Both the position numbers and the translations under genes were made by a program. This document shows positions 1 through 12,914 of a DNA stretch of 64,000 nucleotides, piece after piece. Numbering within the stretch: position 1 is the first letter of the stretch; each line of letters opens with the position of its first letter. The DNA lies in the NCBI GenBank assembly GCA_051362555.1, contig CM120646.1, positions 18,972,001-19,036,000 of the forward strand. The letters run 5' to 3'. This stretch comes from Lingula anatina (lineage: Eukaryota > Animalia > Brachiopoda). The notes beneath the pieces are model-generated. The model did no database searches and was not told the DNA's origin. It saw only the letters and a program-made list of their open reading frames with translations.

Positions 1-113
1 ACGTTGTTATCTGAGGTTGAGTCAACTTTCAAATCCAATATTAATCCAACGTATTATCAACGTTATGGTTCAACGTTGTTTCAACGTTAAAACAACATAA
101 TTTGCCCGCTGGG
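1..113. mobile_element. Right end of a non-autonomous DNA transposon/MITE with CAACGTT micro-repeats
   Basis: Repeated CAACGT(T) units end in TGCCCGCTGGG followed by TA, a layout common in animal MITEs with CCCAGC termini. The other end lies outside the window. Confidence 0.5.
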
Positions 114-557
114 TAGTCATGATTATCACAGACGTACTACATCATGCCTGTTTTATGTTAACTTTTTAAAATAAACAGTGGTTATTCAGTACCACGACAT
201 CTAAATAAATATAATTTCATCATTATTTTATGCTATTGTGCAGCAATAACCATTTATTCTTCCAATCAGAACTATGTCCAATAGCTTTTTCTGGTTCGAC
301 TTACTTGGTGATTTTTTCTTTATTCATTTTGAGCGACAAGTGTTGAAATTATGCTAGCAAGATCATCTGAAGAGGATACATAAATAAAGAAATCATGCCA
401 TTCAATTTCCTGTACAAACGAGTATAAACTCGTAACATGGCAAACCGCCATCCAATGCCATCTTACAACAGTATTTATACAGTTCACCAAATAACCAATC
501 TGGGAAAGGGTCCACAAATTGGACTTTGTTAAAAATACATACTAGTAGAAATACACA

Positions 558-2070
558 ATGCAGAAAATAGAATGGTAAGTGAGATAAAGAGGTAAGAGCG
601 TGTTATACAGGCAAGTTGGCGGTCACTGTCTTGTACTGAAATTTACCTTACAATCGAATATATATAAAACAGAGATGTCGTTTAAGTAAAATGTCAATAT
701 TATACGCATTAGCGAGTGGTCGTTATGGCAGGTCTGCATATTTTTTATTCTACTTTTTTATTTTTTTTTTACCAGAATAGAACTGTTAATACCACTCGCT
801 TTTTCCCTTCTGTGCGGTTGTCTAACCTCCACAGCCCACGGGGGGTTACTAGATAGGTCCACACCATGGTCGTTTTATCGCTTGTTTAGATGGTTTCATG
901 GCCCGCAGGAGAAATGCGAGGCAAGGAGTTTACCAGATAACACTGGAGTTACACAGGCATTTGTGTTTACAAATAATAGAGGACATTTTAGTATAACTGA
1001 CCAGGATTTCCCCGTTTCAAGGAGCACCATAGATATGCAGGCAGAGGCGAGTAAGTATATATACCTTTTATACGACCTTTGTGGGGCCTTTTTGTAAAGC
1101 GTTCTCCTTTTTTCATCACCAAGGTCAACATAAACATCAAACCATGTCAATAGGCCTATATTTCACGCTTGCGGACCGGCCTGTAAAGACAAAACAGCAT
1201 TAAGAAAACCCATGTCTATTAAACGTGTAAATCTGACACATTCAATCCTTTTCTTATTTTGAAAAAAATATTATTCCGTTTGTAATGATGATTTATTTCA
1301 GGGTATGTTTGGCGTACCAGATATGTTGAAACCAATAGTAATTATTTTTATCTTTTATCTAAAATAAAGTAAAAATGAAGATAAAATTATATGATCTTTC
1401 AAAATCTGGTCTCAATTTCCATTTTTTATCCATTCTCTTCTTATGAATAGTCTCAATCTATGACATTAATTATTTAAGAAATATGTATGAAAAAAGGTAA
1501 AATATATAGGTGTATTCGAGCAACTTAAGAGATTTAGGGTACATTTGTTATTTTCGTACAGCAATGCTAGCATCATTGCCGAAGGGAGAAAGCGCATCAA
1601 ATCCTTTGAGGACCATTATGGGATGGATATGTCACCGGTGAAGGATACCGATCTCCTCGACGGGAGAGTTCCCCTTCTTGGGGGAAAACTGTTGTTTCAT
1701 TCATATCACTTCAGCCCGGCAGCAAACATGATGTTGATATTAGGTAAACTGCATCTATTTGATCAATCAAGTAAGATATAAATGAATCAAATTTTTTAGA
1801 GTAAAATATAATCAGGAATGAACAAGATCAATCGGTCATCAACATGAATCAAAGACTATCTCAATAATAATTTGCTATATGATCACGTGCTACATATTTT
1901 TGTTCATGCTGCTTCTTTAGAGTTAAACTCCTACGGAAGCTGGTCTTATAAGAACGTTTCAGTATCTGATGCCGGCTGCAGTAATAGAACCAGTAAACTT
2001 AACTGGACCGGGTTTCTCTGGCGGAGTTGAACCAGGGAATAGCATCTGCCATGGGGAATATCTGTTTTAT
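558..2070 (+). pseudogene. Secreted-protein family paralog X, copy A (pseudogene); exons 558-574, 776-1050, 1562-1743, 1921-2070; last exon deleted
   Basis: Exons align with the intact gene at 31441-34448 with the same intron phases (e.g. NASIIAEGRKRIKSFEDHYGMDMS vs NESIIEEGKKAVQFFEEGYGLDLS, both 182 nt). A signal-peptide-like stretch ELLIPLAFSLLCGCLTSTAHG is present. Lesions: TG|A stop at the exon1/2 junction, 1-nt loss in the C run at 1010-1013, 8-nt deletion near 1978, and last exon absent (present in copy B at 16570-16878). Confidence 0.8.
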
Positions 2071-2623
2071 GTGAGTGTAGTAATAATAATGTTTCTTCAA
2101 CACGAAATCGTACAATTGAAACTTTTAATGGCGTCTTTCTGTGCGCGTCACTGTTCTTTGAAATTCATTCGTAGATTTTGCGTGGAAAAACATGCATAAG
2201 TTATGATCACAACATGATATGTACGTGTATATGAAAAAAACCAACGTTATATACGTTATATAAATAAGATGTAAGATATAAATTAATTTGTGATGTATGT
2301 GTAATTGTTGATAAATTTAGTCACTGAACACTGAAGATATATTTATTACCCGAAAGAAAGTATTAAGGCAGTAAATATAAGGAGTTTTGGGCGAAAGGTG
2401 ACAGTATCCTATAAAATGAAGTAATAACCCCAAAACCAGTGAGTTCAGAACAACTTCCAATTCAAACATGCTGTCTCGATAAAACTCTACGTTGCTTTGT
2501 TGTTTATGATGAAAAAGCGATGAAGTTTGGTACTTTTCGGCAGAAATTGGCAGTTACAGACCAACTCCATCTTAAGTGATAGTTCAGACTTTAACTTCTT
2601 AATACAAAGAAGAAAAACCAATT

Positions 2624-2851
2624 CCCCGAGGAGGGCATAATTGAAAAGTTAATTTTCCTGTCTTTCATCACTTCTTATGCAACCAGATGCCAATGAAAAT
2701 CAAGCAGACGAGATTAATTTGCCCATCAATATGATCACCCCGAGGAAGACAGCGTTATAAAGTTAATTTTCCTAGCTCTCATTACTTCTCATGCAACCAG
2801 ATGCCAATGAAAATCGAGCAGACGAGACTAATTTGCCCACCAAAATGATAA
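2624..2851. repeat. 2 x 114-bp tandem repeat upstream of the GPCR (counterpart ~18175-18385)
   Basis: CCCCGAGG...AAAGTTAATTTTCCT...ATGCAACCAGATGCCAATGAAAATC...CAGACGAGA..AATTTGCCCA occurs starting at 2624 and again at 2738. Confidence 0.75.
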
Positions 2852-3466
2852 CTGCTTTTCACTTGCACGACTTCAACGACTTGCACTCGGCGTCAGAGAA
2901 ACCCATTAATTGCGAAATGTTATGAAAGTTAATTTTCTAGCACTTAATGACTTCCTGTCGCGCAATGGTCATTTTATGATTAAGCATAACGAAACATCCA
3001 AATTTGACAAGAAGAATTTAAAAAGTGTGGATAAGGTCATATATGTATGTCAAATATTCTGAAATTAAAATAAATAAACAAAAATTATTAATAAAATAAA
3101 CTGATAAAAATAAATTAAATAAGTTAAACATTGAATATTTCTCATTCTACTTATGAAAGGTGACTTCTAATAAATGGCACTTCGAAAGAGGCTTCAGTCT
3201 TCATTGCTACAAGATAATAACCAAGGCTAGTGACGTTTAAAGAAGCATTATAAGTTCGAGTAAACTAATTACAGTTATCATCTGTTGTCTGTTTCAAAGT
3301 CATAAGTTAGCTACCGATAACTTTTTAAAGCACTACGCTGCTTCCAATCATCACAAATTTGCTACCTGTTCGCATCAGCAAAATTTACTACCTGTTCGAA
3401 TCAGCAAAATTTACTTTTTGTTATTGACAAGGCATACTTTCGTTGGTTGCAATTTTGCAATTCCCA

Positions 3467-4942
3467 ATGGGGAAATTAAAAGTGCTTGTTACATCTTTCC
3501 TCCTTGTAATGGTTTTCCTTTGTCATTCAAAAGCTATCAAACAGATGTCAAGAGGGAAATCGACAGCAAATTTGGAAGTGGCAGAAAAAGTAAACCCACC
3601 TTTAATGAAAGACAAGAGAGGGTATCTTGGAAGAGGATCGAAATCGGACGCTAAACATGAGGGGACCAAAACAAGAGCAGTGGCAAAAAGACATATCAAA
3701 CGGCGCCCCATCCAAAGTTTAGATTTTTCTGAGCCCTGGATACCTGGTAGGTTTCGGCGTCATTTATTGGCCGATGGCATGACTGATTTTCCAGATGCCA
3801 CTACGAATCAATCCGAAAATAATGAAGTTACACCTGCATCGAGCACAGAAGCTTCCATTAGAGCTAATACGAATCTAGCTGAGATTACCAAGATCATCCA
3901 AATTCCAAAACCAAACGTTCAATATTGTCTTACTGGAAATTCTCTCGGTGATAGGTTCTTCCAAATACAATGTTCCTGTGACAAAAACTGCCACATGTTT
4001 GATGATTGTTGTTGGCTAACGGAGCGGGACTGTGCTTCAAACCACACAGAGCAAACTATTAAACGAAATATTACCCTACCTCAAATGAAATGCCTGAAGG
4101 CTCCACTGGCACATTCAAAGAACAACCTAGTTTATTTTTGGTTTGTCTCGAAATGCCCCAAAAGTTGGCAGGATGAAGGCATTCGAATGAAGTGTGAAAG
4201 TAACAGTCCCGATATGACAGACCTCGCTTTACATTATACCCCTGTGTACGACGAAGTATCTGGACTCTCTTTTAAGAACATTTTCTGTACACAGTGTCAC
4301 AATATCTCAGATATCGATCCCTGGAATGCCACCTTTGGTTGTTATCACCAAGGCCCACTGAAATTCCAAAACGTTTCATCTGCAGATGAAGCCATTCGGG
4401 AGGTTTTGAAGACCGACTCAGATTGCTTCATCAACTACTTTTCTACAAGAAATTTGGCCATGCGTCTCTGTGCGGCTGACGAAAGTGAAGCAATGCTAGC
4501 AGACTGTCCGACTGTAAGATACCTTGAATTATATTGGAAAGATGTCAATACGGGTATACCATATGACGTGCTGGAGGATCTGTGCTTTGAAGGACCAACT
4601 AATATTGTAAACTTGCAAAGCAGACTCTTTAGGAATTTCTTCTGTTTTTTTTGTTGGGATGGTCATTACTTTTACGGAACAGACAGCTGTCAGAATAACA
4701 GTGAGTACAAACATCTATATATTGTTCTTGATGTATTCATCAATTTTTCTAAAAAAAGGGATAAATGAAAAGATTAATTATCTCTATTTTGCAATCAGTT
4801 AACCCTTAGTGTTCCATTCTTAGGTAACAATAAGAGATCGAACTCCTTTTTTCTTTTTTTAAACATGTTCAAATATTCCCGTACGCGCTTTGTTTACTCA
4901 TATGTTCTTTCTTATTCTTTTTTATATAATGAAGATAAAATT

Positions 4943-4983
<41 letters not shown>

Positions 4984-7900
4984 CACACAAATACACACAA
5001 ACACACACACACACACTCATGCACAAACACACACACACACACAGCTTACCTTTAGCATCTTGTACTGGAATTGGTTTTAAATGTCAGTTAAATGTTTGGC
5101 ACATTTCCTATCATATATTGCCAGGGGATCCTGGATACGTGTACAATCCCACGGGATTCTCTTCATCTCTATCTGTTGGCCCAGTACTGGCTAAAGAAAA
5201 CAATAGATACCATTGCAGAGTTTCAGAACACTCCCAGTTCAGCTCCGACCCGGTATGTATACTATATAGCATTCAAGAATTTGGCAATGAAATAACAGAC
5301 ATTTTTTATTATTTTATATGAAAATAATGCTTTTCATAAAACTATGATTGTGATTGTGAATAATAAAGAAAATGTAATGCATTGCAAACTCTAGATAACA
5401 GTTATAAAAATACTATATATCACCACATATACTCAGTACGCAATAATTGAACAGTACCCTGTACATACGTGCGGGGATTTAAAACGCTTTCGTACAACAG
5501 TGTGCCTCTAATACACCTCTAATACACACCAAGAGAAGTCTCTTTTAGGGGCTTTTGCTCCACGAAGAAATGGACGCTCTACATTATAACATATTTAAGA
5601 CGATTACATATGCAATTCTTCACCACCAAGATGTCAGTGAGAACAATACTGCAGTCGAAATAAAAAGCCTGCAGTACCTTTATTACTCTTATCCAGAGTT
5701 CAGAAAACAATACCAATACCTGTAGAGCAGAATTTCATCACTCTGTTGTTTTTATTGCTTTGACTTCTTTTTGCCAAATGATAATGTGTTGCGGATCCCA
5801 CACCAAAACAAACAAACGACGGGAAATGTTCACACTTTATTTCACGCACACTGACATGGATATGGTGAAACTAAAAATAACAAAATAATGAAATATAAAT
5901 ACCAAACTAATTATACAAAATACACAAATATAACATAAATTGATTACAAATATAAAAAGAAATAATAAATTAATTATAAGAAACGGAAATGTTGTGCAAA
6001 TGATTAACAATAGAATTGAATACAATACGTACAGAGAAATGTGGCTTTCCCGTCCAGTGTTGATCCACAAATTTTGCCTACTAAAACTTCAGTCTCGACG
6101 ACCTGAGCCTTCGCTCGTCAAATACAACGTGGCCGCGCCCAGAACTGCTGCATACAGTATATATACAGAGTAAATGATTTGCATAATAATACAAAGCTGA
6201 CTAGTGATACGATTGTAAACGCAAATTGTTGTCATAAGCGACAACATAATGATTTCCGCTTGTGGATCCATAGGATCCATAGAACAGAATCTTCATTTAC
6301 TTGATAGCAATAAAGTGATTATCGACCAACCGTGTTTCTCTTTGTTAAAGCCCCATAACATAAAGTACACACTGGAAATCCGTTTTAAAATTTGTTTAAA
6401 AGAATTTTTTGCCGTTGGGCTGGAAATCCGTAAAAAAAATGCCTTGCCTATGGACCTACTAGTACATATTAGTGCATTTTTAAATGTGTAAAAAAGCTAT
6501 GGAATAAAAATTCGCTGTTGCATTTATTAATATCCGTCATGCAAATCTCGACCCAGTTAGCCACCTTTTTCGTTCTCTTTTCAGTGTGCCAGTGGTAATG
6601 AAGACTGCCCTCCTCAGTTTAACTACGACGTCATTCACGGAGACTGTATACCTTTGCTTCAGCAATTTTCTGGGGTACACACGGACATTGATATTATCTT
6701 TACATTCACTGACTATGAGAACATCCCAATCCATGTACACACCAATCACAGATTTATTAGTTCTGCAATTGAACACAGTTTCAGTGAGTTAGGTATAGCT
6801 GATGTAAACCACAGGAAACGTAACTGTTGCCAGGCAATATTCTCCTCTCAACCATTCTCACAAATAGAAGTGTTAGCAAGTTTCTCATTAAGACTAGGAG
6901 GTAAACAGGCAACATATAAATCTATTCAATTTGCAGAGGGATCATTACGAGAAAATTTAACCAGCACTTTGCCAAAGGTTAACTTTTCCCTTGATTTATT
7001 TAACGGAAAATACAAAATAGATATGACCATGCGTGTTTCAAATGATAAATCTGTGTTCAAAAGTGCGACTTGGTCGGACTTAGGTGAGGCATTCAGACTA
7101 GCAAATGGTGCAGACTCTTCTTTATGCTCTGCTGTTGTTGTTTCAATGGCAGATCTTACAAGCGTTCAATCTGATGTATTTAATTTTTATATTGAAAATG
7201 CCGCAGAAAAAGTCACCATAAAACGGAAACAAGTTGTTATTTTTGAGGGCAATATATTTATTTGCAGGCAGGGTATTGAAAAGTTCCTCGAATCTATATC
7301 CCAAACAAGAAATAAAACCATAATTAAATCAAGGACTGGAAATCTAATTCCCGTGACTATTTTTGAAATTTGGGCTTTGCCTTCCATGTCATTGGCTATA
7401 TTTCTGGTCCACCTTATCCTATGTGTTATTCAGTCTGGTTGTAAGAAAATTGCAGATGGAATGATCATACACCTCACAGTCATATTTCTCTTGGTTCAGT
7501 TATTCTCCTCCCTTCCAGCAATGATCTCCGTGAGAACTGATGGCACTGTGTGCATAGCTTTGATAGCTACTGCCCATTTCTTTTGGCTGGTAAGTTTTCT
7601 TTGGCTAGCAAGTATGTCTTTAACGGCATTACACGGCGTCACAGGCAGTCTGTCTTGGAGCAAAAGCCCAAAGAGACATCTATTGGCATGTTTTGGAACT
7701 ACATATATAATTCCATTGTTGATGATGTCGGCTGGGATTGTGTCAGACATGTGGGATGTTGTCCCGGTGAAAATGCTCTACTGCCAAGGAACATGTTTCT
7801 TTGGTAATATCCAATCCTACCTTCTTCTCGTAGTGGCACCGGCCTCACTGGCTACATTATTCAATGCGGTGATTTGCATTGTTCTGGTTGTATATAAAAT

Positions 7901-8144
7901 ATCCGGAAAGTTAACTGCATATGCTATTTATCCAAACTTACTGAGCATAAATTCCTGCTATAAGATGGTGTTCATGAGCTCTGGTGTAACCTTGACTGGT
8001 TGTGTGGGCTTGATCTTTGTAAGCCTGTCTGTAGCATCAGTTGGAGACTTTTGCTACTTGGACTCTGTATTTAGGTGTCTCCAAGGCATTATCATGCTGG
8101 CAGTTACTCTGGCCTTAAGAAACAACACTGTTCCCCCATACTAG
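3467..8144 (+). CDS. Class B/adhesion-like GPCR with somatomedin-B-like Cys-rich ectodomain, copy A; exons 3467-4700, 5125-5252, 6585-8144; 973 aa
   Basis: Signal peptide MGKLKVLVTSFLLVMVFLCHSKA; SMB-like motif CSCDKNCHMFDDCC; Cys-rich module CPKSW..CE..PVYD..SGLSFKNIFCTQCHN. Canonical GT-AG introns with matching phases (1, 0). Seven hydrophobic helices with family-2 hallmarks (C..AHFFWLVSFLWL, P..L..LFN, LQG). Confidence 0.88.
4945..5043. repeat. (CT)n-(CA)n compound microsatellite in GPCR intron 1 (counterpart ~20790-20891)
   Basis: Directly visible dinucleotide runs. Confidence 0.95.
5787..6246. mobile_element. Solo LTR (460 bp) in intron 2 of GPCR copy A
   Basis: TGTTG...CAACA termini with a 5-bp target duplication TAATG (5782-5786 and 6247-6251). 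Absent at the matching site of unit B (~21600). Confidence 0.82.
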
Positions 8145-9216
8145 ATAAATGTATCTGAATTGGAAAGTTTCAACGTAGCGCTAACTGAAAAATAGCTACG
8201 TATAGCTAAACTAGAGTATCAATACTAACATGGCACAACCAAAGACGCACTCAAAGAGCATAAACAAACGAATTTTTCGGTCCCATATGTCCGTGCTCTA
8301 TAAATGTTTTATTTATTTATTTATTTAATTATTTATTTATTTATTTATTTATTTTTACGTCGTGAAAGAATTGATATTTTAGTATAAAAATTGTTAGTTG
8401 AAACATTGGGCTCGTGGAGGCGCTCTGTGGTTGCGGCGTTTAATAATGGGAATTTAAAAAAAAACGATAAACCAGAAGGAATAGATACAGCTAATACAGT
8501 TTTGGGTCACTCTCGTTATGGAGACTTGTGACAGTAAAATTTTGAAATTAAGAACTTGGAAACAGATTTACACATCGTGTTTTTGTGAAATGTTTTGGAT
8601 AAGATATTGGAAAAAGGGAATATTATTGAAATGCCCAGGAGAATTCACTATTTTGCTATATTAAGTCACAACGCATATGGCATGCGTTTTTTATGTTACA
8701 TAACAGTGAATGTGTAAGTTATATATTCCTATTTGTGATTATTTTTTTTTATATATATATTTGAAATTATCAAGGTAAACAAAAGACCTATAGTTGATAT
8801 GAACAACGTCCATATACCTACAGTATATATTCAAATTCAATTACTACCTAGATGATCAGTAAACTTAGCCCGATAATCACAACTTGCTTTATGTTCTTGT
8901 CAAGTTTATCCAAAATTCAACTTACTGTTGCTTAATTGGAGATGTGAACCCTGATAACTGTGCAAACGCCCATGAATAGTGTTACAAACGTAACTGATGT
9001 GTCACTTTTTATTTTACATTCGTGATATCTACAGGTAGCGGTATATGTTAATTCAATATCTTGAAAGCAATTGTAAACAGGCCATGTGAACACCTTTTGT
9101 ACGTTAAAAGATTTAGAGGCAGATTTTCCCTCTCAACTGTAATGGTAATATTTCTCGAGTACAGTATTTCATAATTTAATGTAAAGAAACAGATAATTGT
9201 CAGTCTTATATATATC

Positions 9217-10162
9217 TGCACGTCCACGATACTTGGTAACAGCAATGGGTGATCATCTTAGAAAGTCTGTCAAAATATTCATGTGCGTTGGATTGCAGTG
9301 TGGGTGCTTTTTCTTAGTACAACAAACAATTTTATATTTCCAAACATTGCTGTGTATTTTTGACCTTTAAATTCTTAGCCGAATATGACACTAAAACATC
9401 GCTTAAATATGAGACACATACATACCAGTCTCTTTTGAAGCTTTGCATTATGGAAAAGAAATCTCTTGTTTTGGCCATGTCAGGGATCATTTACGGCACA
9501 AACGCTAGAGAAAAACAAAAATTACTCATCGGCGCAAATTTTGATGGGCAAGGAAAACGGGTTGTTGTGCGTTACTATCGTTTCCCCTTTCAACTTCAGT
9601 ACACGTACAAAGTGTAATCGGGATTTAAATACATGAAATACACTCTGATTTTCATAAAACAACAATGTGTAAGAAAATCCTGTCATCTGAGCGGGTAATC
9701 ACAGATGTTACGACTCAATCCGGTTTCGTTTCCTCCAGACTCGCACGACAACGAGACCACAGCTGGCGTGTAGTTTCGTTTCCCCATTCAGATATGGCCC
9801 AGGGACTTAGAGTAAAGAGTGGAGATTTCCACTGATGACGCAATGACCCGGTCACATGAATATTAAATGAGACTAATTAAATTGGTTATACCCGTCCACA
9901 CCTTTTGGCGTGTAGTTCACGAAAAACGACTTCATGACATTGCTGTTTAACCGCCGTTTCAGGATCGCAGCGTGCTTTCCCAACTCTGTGAAGTTAAGTG
10001 TACTCTTCTCTGATAATTTTTATATGTGTTTAATGTGATATTTTCCAAACTTATGAATATAAAGCAAAATACATGCATATTCTAAGCGTCCAAACCGTGC
10101 TCACAAGATCGGCGCCATGTTGCCCATGTCTCATTGTTGTTACTCAGTATCGTGGACGTGCA
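9217..10162. mobile_element. Non-autonomous TIR DNA transposon (~946 bp), unit A only
   Basis: ~31-bp terminal inverted repeats, TGCACGTCCACGATACTTGGTAACAGCAATG vs the reverse complement of CATTGTTGTTACTCAGTATCGTGGACGTGCA, in a (TA)n context. No transposase ORF; absent from unit B near 27700. Confidence 0.8.
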
Positions 10163-10174
10163 TATATATACATA

Positions 10175-11835
10175 CAGACTTGACATTTAATATGGAATAT
10201 TTTTTCCAAATCATTTTTCATCAGTTTTTTTCCTATTTTACTGACTGATAAATGAAAATAAGGATTAAAATCGTGTTCTAATAACTTTTAATTTTATCTT
10301 TGATGTCATTGTGACATCAGTTCATTAATGGAATTCACCAGAGAAGCAAACAAAAACACATTGCCTTTTCTACTTCATACGGCAACCATTAAATGAGATA
10401 TTTTAGATCTCCATATTTTCCAAATTATTGTCTGTAACAGAGTTACACGCTCCACAAAGGACCCTCATGTCAGTGTCTAGTCACAGTAACCGTCGCTGTT
10501 ACGCCTGACCTCTTCTGGCTGCTACCAGCGCTCTCAAGCGGCAAGGCATTCCTTGGGATATGTTTTTAGAGTTCAATCTGGAATAACATTCCAGGCATCG
10601 GTCGAAATCTGTCCAATTTGGCCCAGTTTTGTTGTAGGACATGTAGGCCATTCATTTGGCGAGTAATGGCCTACCCACATATTGTCTACGTGGTTCAAAT
10701 ATGGCGGTTTTGATGACCAAGGTAGCTGTTCATTCCCTTGGTTCTCTAAGTAATCTGTTATTAAAAGTGCTCTTTGTGAACCGGCAATCCCACCCTACAA
10801 CCTAAAATTGTTCTTAATGTGCCCCCTATCAAATGATAGTCAAGTGGTTCCCAGATTATTCCTCTATTTAATCTGGTTCAGGTTTTCGTCGATGACTGCC
10901 ATTGGTGTTTTGGCACCAATGTGGTATCCACTTCAAATACTGACGCTGTTAATGACCTAAGTCACTTTAGAGGCGGCACACTCTTCGTCGTTGGCCTCTT
11001 CTGGATGTCTGTAAACTCTGTTTTGACTAGTTGAGCGGTACAGGTGAAATCTGACCTCAAGAAAGAAAGCCACGAGGTTTCAGTGTTCAACCCAGAAACG
11101 GTCATGGTCCCTAATTCATTAGAGAAACATACAACGATGTTTTGCTGTTTACAGTGGGTTCCTCGGAGGTCGTCTGATATTCTAACCTGCAAAAACCAGT
11201 TTGGTGTTCGCTAAGGGCCTTGAAAAATGTGTTTTGGTGGCAATTTACCCCTCATTCTGAACGGACTGGGTGGTTTTTGTTTAGTTGCAACCACATATCC
11301 TGAAAGACAGTGGGTCCTGTACTCTGGTGGTAAGATTTTAATACATTGGGTGTGGCCTCTATGTAGGTACATCAGTCTGGGCATTACTCTATAAAACTGT
11401 GCGGACCGTTTCGTTTGGCGCAATTAACTGTCTGGCAATGTCTGTCTTTTTCGCGCCATTTTGCCACAGATTAACAAACTTGCAAAGCACTGCATAGCTC
11501 ATTTTACACACTGCAAAACCGACCACTTGCATGCAAAATTTCAAATTATTCTATGCAGTAGTTGCCGACATATAGATACTTTTTTGACAGAACCGTGCTT
11601 TGACAAAGCCAAGCTTTGACCTGCCCAAAGGAGCACTACCCAATTAAATTACTTCATAATACATAATGCAGCAGCGTAACAAACCTGGTATTCAGTTAAT
11701 TGGAAGCGACACACCTGACTACACACTTCTCCATTCACATATCTTATATGAGATATTAGTTTTTAGAAAAAAGAACGCATTTCTACCTAGGCACACCTTC
11801 GAAACTGAAATAATCCATATTAAATGTCAAGTCTG
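10175..11835 (-). mobile_element. Full-length decayed Tc1-like transposon, copy A (1661 bp)
   Basis: TA-flanked TIRs CAGACTTGACATTTAATATGGA. Minus-strand remnant (~10500-11459) with many stops reads RFHLYRS..RVYRHPEE, GAKTPMAVIDENLN, RALLITDYLENQGNEQLPWSSKPPYLNHVDNMW, typical of Tc1 transposases. Confidence 0.85.
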
Positions 11836-11894
11836 TATATCCCTCTCTCCAGGGATGCCCTTTATTGTCGTTAAACTGGATGTATTATTTTTGC

Positions 11895-11933
<39 letters not shown>

Positions 11934-12417
11934 ATGCAATTAGAGGAAACGTGACTCATCATGATACGGAAGTATAGCAAATGAGAAACATCAACCTGAT
12001 AAGTGTCAATTTCATCCAACCCTGATTACATATGAACACGTATTCCATCTCCTATTTGCGAAGCGCAAAATTGTGCTTATTAAAGCCTATGGCAATGAAT
12101 TGGTTCCCTGTTTAAAATAAACGCAATGTGGATGCATCCGGCTTAAAATGAAGAGCCGTTTGAAGTTATTTTATGTGAGTTAAAAAGGGTATCTACATTT
12201 TGCTACCTTGATATTGATTGCACATTTGAATTTCGTTAACAAAATCTTCAAACCGAAGATTGTAATTGAAATGAAGACAAATACAAGATGAAATATCCAC
12301 AATATTTCAAATATATGATAGCTAGTGCTACCTATGATATTCCCTTATATTGTTTGAATGATTGCTTCTCAATCTCGACAAACCTATTTTATTCAGCGCC
12401 AACCCATGGGGCTAAAA

Positions 12418-12479
12418 CGAACCCGGAACCTCCCGCTTACTATACAGATCGACTGCTCTACCGCCTGACCTATCCGGCC
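12418..12479 (-). mobile_element. tRNA-derived SINE head fragment
   Basis: Minus strand GGCCGGATAGGTCAGGCGGTAGAGCA...CCGGGTTCG has degenerate Pol III A and B boxes but no complete cloverleaf. Confidence 0.55.
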
Positions 12480-12914
12480 TTTTCATCTAAATCTTGGCAC
12501 TAAAATACACATACTTCACATTCCATAACAAGATTGTCTAAACAGTCCTTCTTCGAATCTCACTCGTGCTTGACCTTGAAATATGAGTAAACCGTCGTTT
12601 TCCAGCCGCACTTTAACACATAATAACTGCAAATTGAACGTCCCAGTGGCCTAACGGAAGCAACCGGATGATATATGATGCACACATTTACCCCGTATAA
12701 CACCTACCTCATCTCTAAAAATGATTTCCACGTCAAAAACGTCCAATTTGCGTGTTTCATCGGCGAGGTAATGGTTGCCGTTCAACGGCCTCTTCCGTTT
12801 TAACGGGCACAAAAGCCATATAACGGGGCAACCTACTCGCACAACCATACACTGCCTTCCTACGCCGAATCTGGTCAAACGAGCAATAGCCTTGCAAAAT
12901 TCTTTTGCAAGGAA

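Noticed and set aside
4701-5124. ORF extensions and LSLSLS/THTHT ORFs (also 20569-20972, 11666-11977, 62373-62820)
   Set aside because: These are intron read-through and microsatellite-derived frames.
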